In this document: in pieces, positions 22,701-25,756 of the stretch
How the letters are laid out: every line of letters begins with the position of its first letter
Position numbering within the stretch: the first letter of the stretch is position 1
Assembly (NCBI GenBank): GCA_964352215.1
Contig: CAYGRE010000005.1
Span: 18,527 to 82,526 of the forward strand
Direction of reading: 5' to 3'
DNA from: an uncultured Bacteroidia bacterium
Lineage (GTDB): Bacteria > Bacteroidota > Bacteroidia > J057 > JADKCL01
Length of the DNA stretch: 64,000 nt
Translations under genes and position numbers: made by a program
Notes under the pieces: model-generated
Told to the model about the DNA's origin: nothing
What the model saw: the letters and a program-made list of their open reading frames with translations, nothing else
The model's database searches: none

Positions 22701-23676
22701 AGCCTGTATTGGGACCATTGTCAAAGGTGTAGAGGCGGTTGCTGGTAGTGAGGAGCACATCATAATGGTTACGCCATCCCGATGAATAGATCTGCACCGG
22801 GCCACCCAAGACCAGCATCGCCTGGTTCTTTCCATTGTTTCCTCCCCAGGGATCAGTGGGGTCTTCATAACCGGGAGTTGGGTTGGCGACATTGGCCTTG
22901 TCCTCATCGTCCAGGGTTGGAAGATCATATTTATAGGCTTGTCCCTGGGCGTCGATTTGGGTAGGCAGCGCATCAATAGCGGTAAGATCAACTGACAAAA
23001 TCGCAGTCGAATAAGCCAGTTCAGGGAGGTAAGCAAAGTTATTGGAAGGAGCGCCTTTGTTGGTATTGCCACCTGCCGCCACAAAGAGGCGGTTGTTCAA
23101 AGCATCGTATTGCAGTCCGTTGAGGGAGTGATTCTCTTCGGAACGTGAAAGTCCCCGTACCAGATGGACCATATCCCATGAGGTACCATTCCAGGTCAGA
23201 CGGGAGATAACGCCTGAGTTTTCATCGAGGCCGGTACTGTTACCGGAGCCACCGCCCCCGATCCTTGGATCAGAGGAGGTCACATACAACACTGGATTCG
23301 CAGCTGTTCCCAGTACCAGGATTCCGGTCACCTGCCGATTTTGGTTGCTGATGATGGACCCATCTTCATTGTGATTGGGGATGGTTCTGATCTCACTGAT
23401 CGTCTCCGTAGCGGTGACTACATAGTCATTGGGGCCATTGCGGATGATATCATAAGCATAAATGAACCCGTTTTGCTGAGAGACATACAAGCGGCCATCC
23501 GGGCCAAATTGCAAAGAGGTCGGATTGTTCAGTGTCTCCCCCGCCAAGCCGCTGGAGGCAAAGCTTATGGTCTGGGAAAAACCAAAGGTGGGCGCCAAAA
23601 GGGCCAAAAACAGAAAAGCCAGGAAAGTGAATGGGAATCCTTTCCGGGTGGTAAAGTTGGAATCGTTGGTGTGCAT
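1..23676 (-). CDS. Giant secreted cell-surface adhesin, mosaic of the SprB-repeat family. The 5' end is complete and the 3' end runs off the window, giving at least 7,892 codons here.
   Basis: It is absent from the ORF track because there is no stop in the window. The minus-strand ATG at 23676 is followed by MHTNDSNFTTRKGFPFTFLAFLFLALLAPTFGFSQ. Hand translation at 23676, ~22000, ~19900, 16140, 12000, 6300 and 219 stays in one phase (distance to 23676 divisible by 3) and gives domain-like sequence. None of the 25 listed minus-strand ORFs in 1-23676 is in this phase. Repeats read like CNGxxDGxxxLxVSGGTAPYSFSWSNGATxEDLSGLxAGTYTVTITDANNC. Confidence 0.85.
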   Translation of the reverse strand, partial: MHTNDSNFTTRKGFPFTFLAFLFLALLAPTFGFSQTISFASSGLAGETLNNPTSLQFGPDGRLYVSQQNGFIYAYDIIRNGPNDYVVTATETISEIRTIPNHNEDGSIISNQNRQVTGILVLGTAANPVLYVTSSDPRIGGGGSGNSTGLDENSGVISRLTWNGTSWDMVHLVRGLSRSEENHSLNGLQYDALNNRLFVAAGGNTNKGAPSNNFAYLPELAYSTAILSVDLTAIDALPTQIDAQGQAYKYDLPTLDDEDKANVANPTPGYEDPTDPWGGNNGKNQAMLVLGGPVQIYSSGWRNHYDVLLTTSNRLYTFDNGPNTGWGGTPINSCSNDANEANSNSKCDNLHYVSGQGYYGGHPNPTRANRNNTFNTTNPQSPIPVGMEDPFCDYRDPVTQDGALAQVCSSTNGLCEYTATNFGGQLQGNLLAAAFNGNIVRFELNAAGDQVLSQSNIFSGFGATPLDVIAQPDAGPFPGTVWACTYGADNITIFEPQDFVNCVGNDTSFTLDFDGDGYSNGDELANGTDQCSPASQPEDFDQDFISDITDNDDDNDGILDNVDFFARDAANGTTTGLPVSYQFDNSIDPGINGWGFTGLMTDYTTDYMDLYDPFNMTVGGAALKFTVDSVPPGDALGALNNQEYAFQFGVNVGSEVGPYTINGRIQGHFANQTPIDFQSYGFHIGTGDQDNYLKVTLASNGGAGGLEVVYEENGGGFGGVGAPVQTMYPDAGLLTSTFIDIFLTIDPTNNTVQPKYSIDGSTVNNLGGPITIPAAWTSNVLSVGLISTSRGAGGATFPKTYDFITIDREAITATGNWVDIVPTSGAAQNRHENSWVQIGDKFYLVGGRGNRRVDIYDPVANTWTAGATAPIELHHFQAIEYEGNLWAVGAFNGGYPNETPVPNIYIYNVATDTWHVGPEIPVSRRRGSAGIVVYNDEVYVVCGIQNGHVNGWVPWVDKYDPRTGTWTQLADAPIERDHYHAEVFDGKIYNAGGRRTGFGGQVFSPTVGQVDVYDIASNTWVTQGTGSNIPTQRAGCFAGHIGDEIIIAGGESGTQSAGHEETEAYNPTTDSWRSLDNMIDGRHGTSMISNNGVLYVAAGSGNRGGGPELNTIEAFSFFGLRPALGNPVFASTLNSNPGSYDFGTITIGNSDVQSFTITNTGGNQGIFITSLGFTGDPDWTSNFSGTLPYYLPAGDSLNLDITYTPSVAGGRSGTLVVDHTGAGGPLSVSLIGGGFQDLGVYRINCNSTTHIDVNGNTFEPDNYFTGGSGTANGGLAIANTLDDPLYQFYRYGNFSYNFPLADTGNYELILHFSENWSGANGANLRVFDVVAEGQVVLDDYDIWVEAGYQTAIQETIIVNVQDGSLDLQWVNVIQNAKVGAIEVVGPLGPANPAPAALVATPDPLHFFSQQVATTSAAQNLNLANSGAVDSTLTITGIAIGGADAGDFAFTAPTYPLNLSGGSNVDVPFTFTPTTVGLRSAYIVVTHDAPTSPDTIVLTGEGVNPQLTVSVNLINDIECVGDVDGSIWAEVTNGQYPLTYTWSNGGTTDTLTGLGAGTYTVTVTDALNQTATGSVTLSVIPLLVQVDACLENGLGELTASPSGGQMPYTYLWDANAGSATTDTVGGLTNGTYSVTITDANLCTVVGNATIDGTTPTCDTCALPIGWAAQDIGNVAAVGASCYNSITDTWYVDGSGVDIWGTADEFQFAYTTLVGDGEVIARVTSITNTNPWAKAGVMMRETLDANSIEAMMLKRGANGWSWQSRNTTGGTSISNSNQTTQILPLWVRIVRSGNDFTGYYSADGITWTQQGATQTITLPQALYVGLAVTSHNDGAINNSIFDNVQVIGASNFTANVAVTSNYNGADISCAGASDGALTVTANGGTPPYTYLWDVAAGSQTTATATGLAAGTFSVTVTDAASNTSSASGTLTDPPVLAASASQTTAPTSGNSDGVATATASGGSSPYTYLWDVAAGSQTTASATNLAAGTYGVTVTDANNCTAVASVTLIVGGQNPNVTTTTPVNGATGVSVNTSVTADVNLPNAAIDSATLSSTTVLIYPTGSPSTPVPSVLNTTGGGDAIILTPSVQLLPNTQYTFEVTSGLQDESGFGFVPFTMTFTTGNATTASSIPQFEQIPLTITNGNTYSTVVVGPDGKLYASGIDGLIYRWDINPDGTLANQETLNSLQTAEGGSRLLIGLAFDPASTDKNLIAWVSHTSFGLSGQPDWQGKITRLTGENLQNVQDFVVNLPRSTKDHVTNSLAFGPDGALYVNQGSNTAMGAPDNTWGNRPERLLSAATLRIDVTSLNNSSLPLNVQTSEGGTYDPYATNAAVKIFGPGARNAYDLVWHSNGNLYIPTNGSAPGGNTPASVAGTLRPDGTTYSGPTVPALNGVSTNQHDFLFRMPAPSGGNWPYRYFGSPNPTRGEYVLNGGNPTAGTDVAEVTAYPVGTDPDIAWAGSAFDFGDHKSPNGVIEYKNDAFGGYLQGKLLVVRYSANDDILVLDPSGPNGDIASDEPGVIGFTGFNNPLDLCENVANGHIYVSEYGGNRITLLRPVNDSVGVPKIAVIPEEAIFASTQTTTDGPVTVTVVNNGTDTLIVSGAALTGANAGQFTLSSVPTLPVTLPPYASTTVDVTFDPNGTTGALSAALDFASNDPAAPTASADLYGVSAQGLEGSNEPPLHWVAQTLGFNIDVGGTGLILGTTANAIGDEVLEPLFQKAGPGDVSMIPVGRYSPLEPLPYGYYLPGATPTLVQVGEMSGVTPQHQTLNPIISSGGTNFDPGNAVFGWYTTSSAHTAYSEDALNASVPTPHSVRMYPAKDRQGVIIPNAYLAAFEEASNGDYQDYVFLVCNVMPAVTDGVLSLSGQNLDFGNVFLGSNNQLGLTLSNNGTTDIILSALPLSGDPDFTFVSAPSLPLTLTGGSSVTYNFDFTPQALGNRSSTLTINHDGINSPLNVNLFGVGVDTVSGPLAGCFNVNVNGPQYVSTVQDTFIADNPASWVTGTHTPSTQSFPVAGTLEDDLYLAYRYGNNFSYNLPTGNGTYDVTLYFMEPYFGAPGGVAGGNGLRVFDVTVEGSLVLDDYDIFATVGAATADVYTFNGVSVNDGTLNIDFLSSVNNAAISAISICSSNTPPLSATVSSPTNSCGNNISCNGLADGTATISATGGVSPYTYLWDAGAGSQTTATATGLAAGTYAVTVTDANSDTVALSITLTEPAVLATSTSAIDVDCNGDANGSATVAVSGGCTPYTYLWDVAAGSQTTDTAGGLSAGTYSVTVTDANNCTATANVTVNEPVAIAVNMVPSLYNCGFNTSCNGATDGSITATATGGTAPYVYNWGTGQNAIRINTGNGGSFTATNGDVFAADNAANFTILQTPTGQYVNNNIVDVLGTTDDQLYRTERYAAAMEYHIPVANGVYEVRLHFAEIYHGATGTPSQPGNIGDRIMNVEVEGTPFLTNYDIIADVGTMTAVIKTTVANVTDDTLNLVFTTVVDNAKISAIEIVEVTGAGGTLSGVPAGGYTVVVSDANGCSLTDTVVLTEPDLLVAAATVVQDESCLGLANGQATASATGGCAPYTYAWDAAAGSQTTATAIGLAGGTYSVTITDANGCAATTSVVITTGSGLTVTAALDNDVTCNGAADGQATASQTGGTAPLSYLWDVAAGSQTTATATGLAGGTYSVTITDANGCAGTASVTIAEPAALSLTTSFVDVTCNGAADGQAAVAAVGGTAPYTYQWDVAAGSQTTATATSLSGGTYSVVVTDANGCTETANVTIAEPAALSLSTSAADVSCGGAADGQAAVVATGGTAPYTYLWDVAAGSQTTATATGLSGGTYSVTVTDANNCTATANVSVNEPTAIAVSMVPSLYNCGFNVSCNGATDGSITATATGGTAPFTYSWGTGQNAIRINTGNGGSFTAANGDVFAADNAANYTIVQTPSGQYTNNNIVDVLGTTDDQLYRTERWAKILEYHIPVSNGTYEVRLHFAEIFHGATGTSSQPGNIGDRIMNVEVEGVPFLSNYDIIADVGTMTAVIKTTVANVTDDTLNFVFTGLVDNAKISAIEIVEVTGSGGTLSGVPAGSYTVVVTDANGCSVTENIALTEPDLLVATAVVDQDESCFGLADGQASVSTTGGCAPYSIQWDAAAGSQTTATASNLIAGTYGVSVTDANGCTANASVTIAGPASALTASANGTDVSCNGAGDGTASVTATGGTSPYTYQWDVSAGSQTTATATGLAGGTYTVLVTDANGCTANAAVTISEPAAISLSASASDATCAGDADGTASVTATGGTLPYTYLWDASAGNQTTATATGLTAGTYSVDVTDANGCTVTATATVGEPASVAVSLTPSTYNCGFNISCNGATDGSINAAASGGVAPYTYDWGGTVIRLNTGNQGAYTAANGDVFAADQYATGGVFFNVGGTIANTADPDLYKSERYGTMNYNIPVPNGTYQVNLHFAEVFNGAQSVGARVFDVNVEGALVLDDYDIFATAGFRTAVIETTTATVTDGSLDIGFVTVVDNAKISAIEVVALGGPAQSNLGAGTYTVTVTDANGCATTDSIELTEPDPVVANASIISGITCNGANDGAVTVSVSGGCAPYAYNWSGGAGTLANASSLAPGTYDVTVTDANGCTGTGSVTLTEPSAVSVTAAQSSPISTAGGSDGEATATAGGGTPPYTYLWDANAGSQTTATATGLSAGIYTVTVTDANGCVAADTALVPDPAGQLVVTVNQTAAISCAGGNDGEATAFVTGGVPPYSFQWDAAAGNQTTATATGLAAGTYSVTVTDNNSDVATGTVTLTDPLAIVLNATATDVTCPGGNDGALDLTVTHGVAPFVFTWSNSANSEDINGLTAGSYSVVVTDANGCTASGTYSINEPAAPSLSFQVFDLVCYGDTDGGIDLTVSNTGRTYTYLWSNGATSEDLTNLSAGLYTVTLTDNQGCVVVDSAEVSQPDSIAISFTTTNLACNNEGNGSIVLGITGGSPLFSYMWSNGDTTKNIGQLTAGTYVVTVTDDKGCVAIDSVEILAPPAINLSFNLSDVSCNGLSDGNIDLTATGGVGGFSYLWSTNATTQDLNNVPAGPYAVQVTDANGCVENAIVTIAEPAAIQLSLATTDGSCNGLADGSVDLTVTNGVAPLTYAWSNGATTEDLAAVGSGTYTVTVTDASGCTGTASANVNAPSAISATVSATDVTCNGGSDGSVDLSVSGGTAPFTFSWDNSATTEDLSGVSAGTYVVTITDANGCQEVLTASVGEPVAIQAAAIATDVSCFGAADGSIDLTVTGAVSPVTYLWNTGAVTEDLSGLTAGSYSVVITDANGCTASASATVAEPAILVLTTVATDVNCNGGTDGTVDLSISGGIPPYTYAWTTGATSEDISSLAAGTYTVTVTDGNGCISTASATVAQPAALTLIMQKVNISCTGAMDGGFNLFVVGGTAPFSYNWSTGALTQNVTGLGSGNYSVTVTDANGCVTTQQSSLIEPFPLGLNETITDVSCNGLSDGAISITPSGGAGSYGYMWSHGPTTQNVSGLAAGSYAVTLTDANGCVEVGNYTVGEPAVVSLAFTSTDISCNAGTDGSIDLSVAGGTAPYTYAWSNAATTEDLSGLSAGLYGVTVTDANGCTATGSTSLTEPTAITASTTVTDPSCNGATDGFIDLTVTGGTAPYTYAWSTTATTEDVNGIGAGTYTVTITDANNCSATASATLNDPSAISFTLTATDLICNGAANGAVDLTVSGGTPPYSFSWSNGATTEDISGVPAGSYTVTLSDANNCTVTGTAAVNEPTAIAGTAVATDASCLGANDGSIDLSVSGGTAPYSFSWSNGATSEDLSGLAGGTYTVTITDANNCTSTASATVAEPVAIAATATSTNESCNGGSDGTVDLTVSGGTAPYSFSWSNGATTEDLSGLTAGTYTVTITDANNCTATASATVTGSTAIVLTTSATDALCNGDASGLVDLSVTGGTAPYSFNWSNGATTEDLSGVTAGTYTVVVTDANGCTSNASASVGEPAAVTSAVTSTDESCNGASDGTVDLSVSGGTAPYSFSWSNGATTEDLSGLAGGTYTVTITDANNCTATASATVTSPIALVASATVTVQGGCGAPNSGEALASATGGTPAYTYQWDAAAGNQTTALATGLNPGTYSVTITDANGCTAVATVTLTQTSSNISLAGVDVSCNGDSDGQIVASGGTAPYTYTITTSANSVVLPIVGGQDDAEEDQNGTVRGGRNHLRMVFSNNNQGLQTVGLRYRNVNIPQGAIIVDARVQFTAQNTNNTNPSNLVITGEAADNSANFANSTFDLSTRANTSASVNWSPANWNTIGQAGADQQTPDLSGVVQEIVNRSGWSAGNDLSLFLNGAGRRSAYSYNGSPADAPVLSVQYSTTLPSNTNLPAGTYTVTATDANGCSNTSTITIGEPAPIVISSNDVSCNGASDGEITASGGTGPINVVVYAATVNTISNQVSFGADDAEQRANGSTNLGNNDLELVFDGANNGNQVVGVRFRNVAIPQGAAITNAYIQFTAENTGNLNPSNLNILGEASDDASVIQNATNNITNRPVTSSVVTWSPPNWTVAGQAGADERTPDLSGIVQEIVNRGGWSSGNSMLFRVDGQGRRRAFSYNGNQAGAPVLVVEYATTSVVGNTNLGVGTYFVKATDGNGCTALDTVEITEPAPLTVNAVNTVAASTPTSNDGEAIANVSGGTPPFIYLWPPSTGSQTTQTATGLATGVYLVKVADANGCYSSDTVFVSAVAPPISAVAAVTSPVLCNGDATGEATVTVTGGLPPFSYLWDANAGSQTTATATGLAAGTYSVTVTDGIGNVAVANVTLTEPAALALNGQDPLCFGGSDGTVTATGGTQPYTYSLTVPTGNVTSTPMASGDDAEQTLTSGAVNTNSVSLEMGYDNNNPSDPQLVGIRFPDLAVPQGATITSAKILFISEDNASGLASLTFRAESSDNAAGFTTANNNVGIRPLTASSVAWNVPNWVSGQTYNTPDLSAVVQEVVNRAGWISGNDLAVVVNGTGYRNASSYDEDPGLAPVLEVTWTQPLSNTGLNAGTYTVTVTDANGCSFTDQVTLDQPDELELVGVGAACGGTGAIYASGGSAPHILTLVGGASSSTQVATSSDDAEQTLTSGAMNLNSPSLEIGYDNNDPSDPQFVGVRFQGVNVPQGATVQSAYITFEALSSQSSVANFSIYGDYSDDALPITSAPANLLIRTATPSTIAWSNVPAWTANASYNTPDLTAAVQEIVNRGGWADGNSMAFILAGSGLREAKAYDASAGDAPILTITYAVGTGNGTDTLSGLPAGTYQVLAVDDNGCALLDSVVVGNDCNPCANDRVSDGLIAYYPFVEGGGSVVHDLSGYGAPLDLVIDNPGNVTWLTDNGVNINAGTIISSGVPATKIANACGATGEITVEAWVAPANTSQGGPARIVTMSSDPFNRNWTLGQEGNTYRGRLRTSTSAANGTPDLISNAGAVTNNLQHVVMTRDAIGVWQIYVDGAVQAGNFRGGDFSNWDANFELAIANELTNNRAWLGDVKLVAIYNKALSLAEIQQNLAVGGGCAGNYPPVGFCTAEVDECDNGLSVDFDGSNSTDPDGSIASYAWDFGDGNGSGQVSPTHVYAAAGTYTVTLTVTDNTGLVGTCTNTVTVTNNVAGRVTNNLVAYYTFTEGSGNTVHDYSGYLTPLDLTIDNPSNVSWVGGSALSVNSATTIHSVTAAAKIQTACAATNEVTVEAWVAPANTSQGGPSRIVTMSADPFNRNWTLGQDGNDYMSRVRTTTSAANGTPDLNGNNNAVATNLQHVVFTRDVGGAWIIYVDGVAVETGTRGGNLSNWDANFELALANELTNNRAWLGEMHLVAIYNDALSPAEIQQNFAVGPECEGSFAPVAFCQADVQACSPTLTVDFTGSGSVDPNGSVTS
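1900..5110 (-). repeat. Four copies of an unassigned ~160-aa beta-sandwich-like module, separated by SprB repeats
   Basis: Copies lie at about 4620-5110, 3880-4360, 2640-3120 and 1900-2390. Shared motifs are [SG]DDAE[QE]...(L/M)..[SN]...LE[LIM][GV][YF]D, Q.VG[VIL]RF..[VL].[VI]PQGA.I..A.I.F and TPDL[ST]..VQE[IV]VNR.GW..GN. Confidence 0.6.
5190..10120 (-). repeat. Uninterrupted run of about 20 SprB-type repeats of ~75-77 aa. Further SprB repeats lie between the malectin domains up to ~19.2 kb.
   Basis: DNA periodicity is ~225-235 nt, for example ggtaatggtcac[cg]gtata[ag]gttcc at ~5530, 5755, 5990 and 6207. The protein consensus is C.G..DG.I.L.V.GGT.PY.[FY].WS.GAT.EDL.GL.AG.Y.V.[IV]TDANGC. Confidence 0.8.
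10125..10560 (-). other. Malectin domain E
   Basis: Translation gives LYKSERYGTMNYNIPVPNGTYQVNLHFAEVFNGAQSVGARVFDVNVEGALVLDDYDIFATAG..DGSLDIGFVTVVDNAKISAIEVV. Confidence 0.65.
11510..12005 (-). other. Malectin domain D, near-duplicate of domain C
   Basis: I translated 12000 down to 11641 codon by codon: QNAIRINTGNGGSFTAANGDVFAADNAANYTIVQTPSGQYTNNNIVDVLGTTDDQLYRTERWAKILEYHIPVSNGTYEVRLHFAEIFHGATGTSSQPGNIGDRIMNVEVEGVPFLSNYDI. Confidence 0.7.
13195..13690 (-). other. Malectin domain C
   Basis: Translation gives LYRTERYAAAMEYHIPVANGVYEVRLHFAEIYHGATG..GDRIMNVEVEGTPFLTNYDIIADVG..DDTLNLVFTTVVDNAKISAIEIV. Confidence 0.7.
14320..14790 (-). other. Malectin domain B
   Basis: Translation gives LYLAYRYGNNFSYNLPTGNGTYDVTLYFMEPYFG..GLRVFDVTVEGSLVLDDYDIFATVG..NDGTLNIDFLSSVNNAAISAISI. 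Confidence 0.55.
16000..17310 (-). other. Second dehydrogenase-like beta-propeller, same family appearance as 22190-23560
   Basis: Translation gives VVVGPDGKLYASGIDGLIYRWDI..LIGLAFDP..LAFGPDGALYVNQGSNT..NAYDLVWHSNGNLYIPTNGS..NNPLDLCENVANGHIYVSEYGGNRITLLRP. Confidence 0.5.
17320..17640 (-). other. Bacterial Ig-like domain (Big_5/SbsA-like)
   Basis: Translation gives TPVNGATGVSVNTSVTADVNLPNAAIDSATLSSTTVLIYP..AIILTPSVQLLPNTQYTFEVTSGLQDESG. Confidence 0.4.
18135..18700 (-). other. ConA-like jelly-roll module (DUF1349-like pattern)
   Basis: Translation gives IGWAAQDIG..WYVDGSGVDIWGTADEFQFAY..GDGEVIARVTSITNTNPWAKAGVMMRE..LWVRIVRSGNDFTGYYSADGITW..LYVGLAVTSHNDG..SIFDNVQV. Confidence 0.45.
19525..19965 (-). 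other. Malectin domain A
   Basis: Translation gives LYQFYRYGNFSYNFPLADTGNYELILHFSENWSGANGANLRVFDVVAEGQVVLDDYDIWVEAG..DGSLDLQWVNVIQNAKVGAIEVV. Confidence 0.6.
20330..21250 (-). other. Kelch-repeat beta-propeller (galactose-oxidase-type central domain)
   Basis: Blades recur, for example GDKFYLVGGRGNRRVDIYDPVANTWT, GNLWAVGAFNGG..IYIYNVATDTW, NDEVYVVCGI..VDKYDPRTGTW, DGKIYNAGGRR..VDVYDIASNTW, GDEIIIAGGES..EAYNPTTDSW and NGVLYVAAGSG. Confidence 0.6.
21260..21985 (-). other. Possible ConA-like lectin/glucanase beta-sandwich module
   Basis: Translation gives GWGFTGLMTDY..GGAALKFTV..YAFQFGV..FHIGTGDQDNYLKVTLASNGG..FLTIDPTNNTVQPKYSIDGS. This is fold-level pattern recognition only. Confidence 0.3.
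21990..22150 (-). other. Thrombospondin type-3-like Asp-rich calcium-binding repeats
   Basis: Translation gives FTLDFDGDGYSNGDELANGTDQCSP..DFDQDFISDITDNDDDNDGILDNVD. Confidence 0.5.
22190..23560 (-). other. N-terminal beta-propeller resembling PQQ-dependent glucose/sorbosone dehydrogenase (approximate bounds)
   Basis: Translation gives LNNPTSLQFGPDGRLYVSQQNGFIYAYDI..VTGILVLGTAANPVLYVTSSDPRIGGG..NGLQYDALNNRLFVAAGGNTN, which matches the family's opening pattern by eye. Confidence 0.5.
23572..23676 (-). other. Signal peptide of the giant adhesin
   Basis: The N-terminus reads MHTNDSNFTTRKGFPFTFLAFLFLALLAPTFGFSQ: a basic n-region, a hydrophobic core and a small-residue cleavage context. Confidence 0.6.
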
Positions 23677-24298
23677 GGGTGCGTACCTGATTATGTTGAT
23701 TAATTCGATGCAGAATCTAAATAACGCTCTTTATCTAAGCGTTGAGACGATGAATACTTCTATCCCCGAAGGCACAAAAGTCCAGATGCCGCTTCACAGC
23801 GGTCAAGATCTTTCCAGCATGTATTCAATTGATCTTACGTTGATTGATTCAAAATCAATTGGTGTTTTTTCCTGGCAAAAACCTGTTGTTCACCTAATTA
23901 TTAGCTGGGCGTATTAGCGTATATATCTGTTTCAAATAAACACAAAAGGTCACAATTATCCAAGAATATTACATACCTGCGAATGCCCACTCCCTACGAC
24001 TAAATTCCCGACTCTGCCCCAAAGCGCCCCAGGAGTTCGCAGATCACCATTTCGAGCTAGCTGCCCAATCACATATTGGAAAAAAATACACAAATTGGGC
24101 AGAAATATTACACCCGCTACTGGGATAAGACGCGCCCCCCTTCTCTAAACAGTCGAGTTTTCCACACATCCTTTCAAATCCGGTGGAAAAGGAGGCTGGA
24201 AGCACAGTGAATCAATTGCTATTTTTATGTTTTAAATCGATTAAATAACTTTACAGTTGACCAACCATTTCCAGCAGGCCCATTCAATACTATGGCCT

Positions 24299-24763
24299 AT
24301 GCGCATTCGAAGTCTTTTCCTGGTCCTGATTCTCCCCTTGTTTGCCTTCAAAACGGCCAACACTTTGGGCAATCCAGATCTTTCAACTCCCGAAAAGTCA
24401 TTTGCTTCCATCGTCGAGTTATTGAAATCGGGTGAAACAGACCGCCTTGAGTCTATGGCTACGCCTACCGGGATCAAATCTCTGATCACCCTGGCCCAGC
24501 AGGCTGACTATGAAAATGGTATGACTTCGATTGGTGATGACCTGGGAGCTGCTGAGCTTTCCTGGGATGAGATCACCGAGGATATTTATTTTCTGACGGC
24601 CCGCAACGGTGGAAAGACCCACAAGATGGAATTCACCAAGGAAGAACCCGGCTGGATGCTCTACCACCTGCAATTGGGAGGAGGCGTAGATTCTCACCCG
24701 GATACTTCTGCTCCGGACGCCCCATCTCCTGATTCCCCTTCTGATTTTTCTTTTGAGGACTGA
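24299..24763 (+). CDS. Small secreted hypothetical protein with an acidic Pro/Ser-rich tail
   Basis: This is the track ORF 24257..24763. I prefer the internal ATG at 24299, which gives the signal-peptide-like MRIRSLFLVLILPLFAFKTANTLG. No family was recognised. Confidence 0.55.
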   Translation: MRIRSLFLVLILPLFAFKTANTLGNPDLSTPEKSFASIVELLKSGETDRLESMATPTGIKSLITLAQQADYENGMTSIGDDLGAAELSWDEITEDIYFLTARNGGKTHKMEFTKEEPGWMLYHLQLGGGVDSHPDTSAPDAPSPDSPSDFSFED

Positions 24764-24881
24764 TTTTCCCAGGCAACCCGATTTCCCCATTTTTCCCGAG
24801 TAAGCAGATTCGTTTTCCCAATTCTTCAGGTTTTCCCGGTTTTCCTTATTTTTGGTTCTGATTGACCCATCACCCGGAACC

Positions 24882-25724
24882 ATGCGCAGATCACTCTTGC
24901 GTCTTTCGTTGTACCTCTACCTCTTTTCCATGCTTCTGCCCATGGCCATGCCGGTTCGTGATCCGTTCCTTGAATTTTATATCCCCGGGATTGGTGCTTT
25001 CATTGGCGGCATTTTCACAATTGGTACTGTCCTGCAAATCCCTTTACTGTTTCTGGCATGGTTCTCCAACTTTCTTTTGCTGATTGGCTACTATCGGGGA
25101 TTGATCACGCGAAAACCATCTAAGGCGCTTGCGGTGGTGTGTGTAGTCCTGTCTTCCACCATATTCCTGTCCGAAATAGAATTCCGTTCTCCTTTTGACC
25201 CCTTTAACTCCCCTGCTTACCTGGTTTGGGTATCTTCCCAGGTCCTGTTTCTGATGGCCGAATTTGCTCCGGGTGAAAAGACCCACAGGCGGCTGGAGGG
25301 ACAGCTTCGGGTGAATGGACGCCTGAGACCCCTATTTAATGAAGCTGACCTGCTGCGGCTTTTGCCTGGGGAAAAATCATATAGACAGAGGGAGGTTGTT
25401 CTCCAGGGAAATGATGATACCTCGGTTCTGGTCCATTTCAATGAGTCCTACGGGTATGCCAAGATTTTCATGCACAAAGGAGATCCTGGCCAAATGACTT
25501 TGGGAAATCTGGAAAAACTGCCTGAAAGCCAGGTGTTTCGCGGCAAAAACCATGGCGACCGGACCTTTCCCGGACTGTACCTGATTACCCACGAACAGGG
25601 CATTGATATTCTTAAACATTTCGCCCAAACCGGAGCGGCCAACCCTGGCATCCAATGGAGTTCCGGTGAAGAACTTGCGACAGAACTCGACAATTCACCA
25701 ATCTTGGCGTACACAGGATTGTAA
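24882..25724 (+). CDS. Membrane protein (about 4 TM segments) with a C-terminal Imm1-like soluble domain
   Basis: This is the track ORF 24852..25724, whose TTG start I trimmed to the ATG at 24882 (MRRSLLRLSLYLYLFSML). Hydrophobic segments fill aa ~10-135. The C-terminus VLVHFNESYGYAKIFMHKGDPG...DRTFPGLYLITHEQGIDILKHFAQTGAANPGIQW resembles the Imm1 immunity-protein pattern (..eFp...i....a...l.eF..tG..P..v.W). Confidence 0.6.
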   Translation: MRRSLLRLSLYLYLFSMLLPMAMPVRDPFLEFYIPGIGAFIGGIFTIGTVLQIPLLFLAWFSNFLLLIGYYRGLITRKPSKALAVVCVVLSSTIFLSEIEFRSPFDPFNSPAYLVWVSSQVLFLMAEFAPGEKTHRRLEGQLRVNGRLRPLFNEADLLRLLPGEKSYRQREVVLQGNDDTSVLVHFNESYGYAKIFMHKGDPGQMTLGNLEKLPESQVFRGKNHGDRTFPGLYLITHEQGIDILKHFAQTGAANPGIQWSSGEELATELDNSPILAYTGL

Positions 25725-25756
25725 GCCTCAGATTTTGCTGTTATTTTCGCCCCGTC

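Noticed and set aside
23525-23917. A 130-aa plus-strand ORF spanning the giant gene's start and upstream region.
   Set aside because: It overlaps the signal-peptide coding region on the opposite strand and continues into AT-rich intergenic DNA. It has no motif support.
23677-24298. Promoter calls (Bacteroidota -33 TTG / -7 TAnnTTTG) upstream of the giant gene, and the 9-bp inverted repeat ctgcccaat...attgggcag at 24061-24102.
   Set aside because: I found no exact -7 consensus by eye. The inverted repeat has a 24-nt spacer and no second line of evidence, so it is too weak to annotate.
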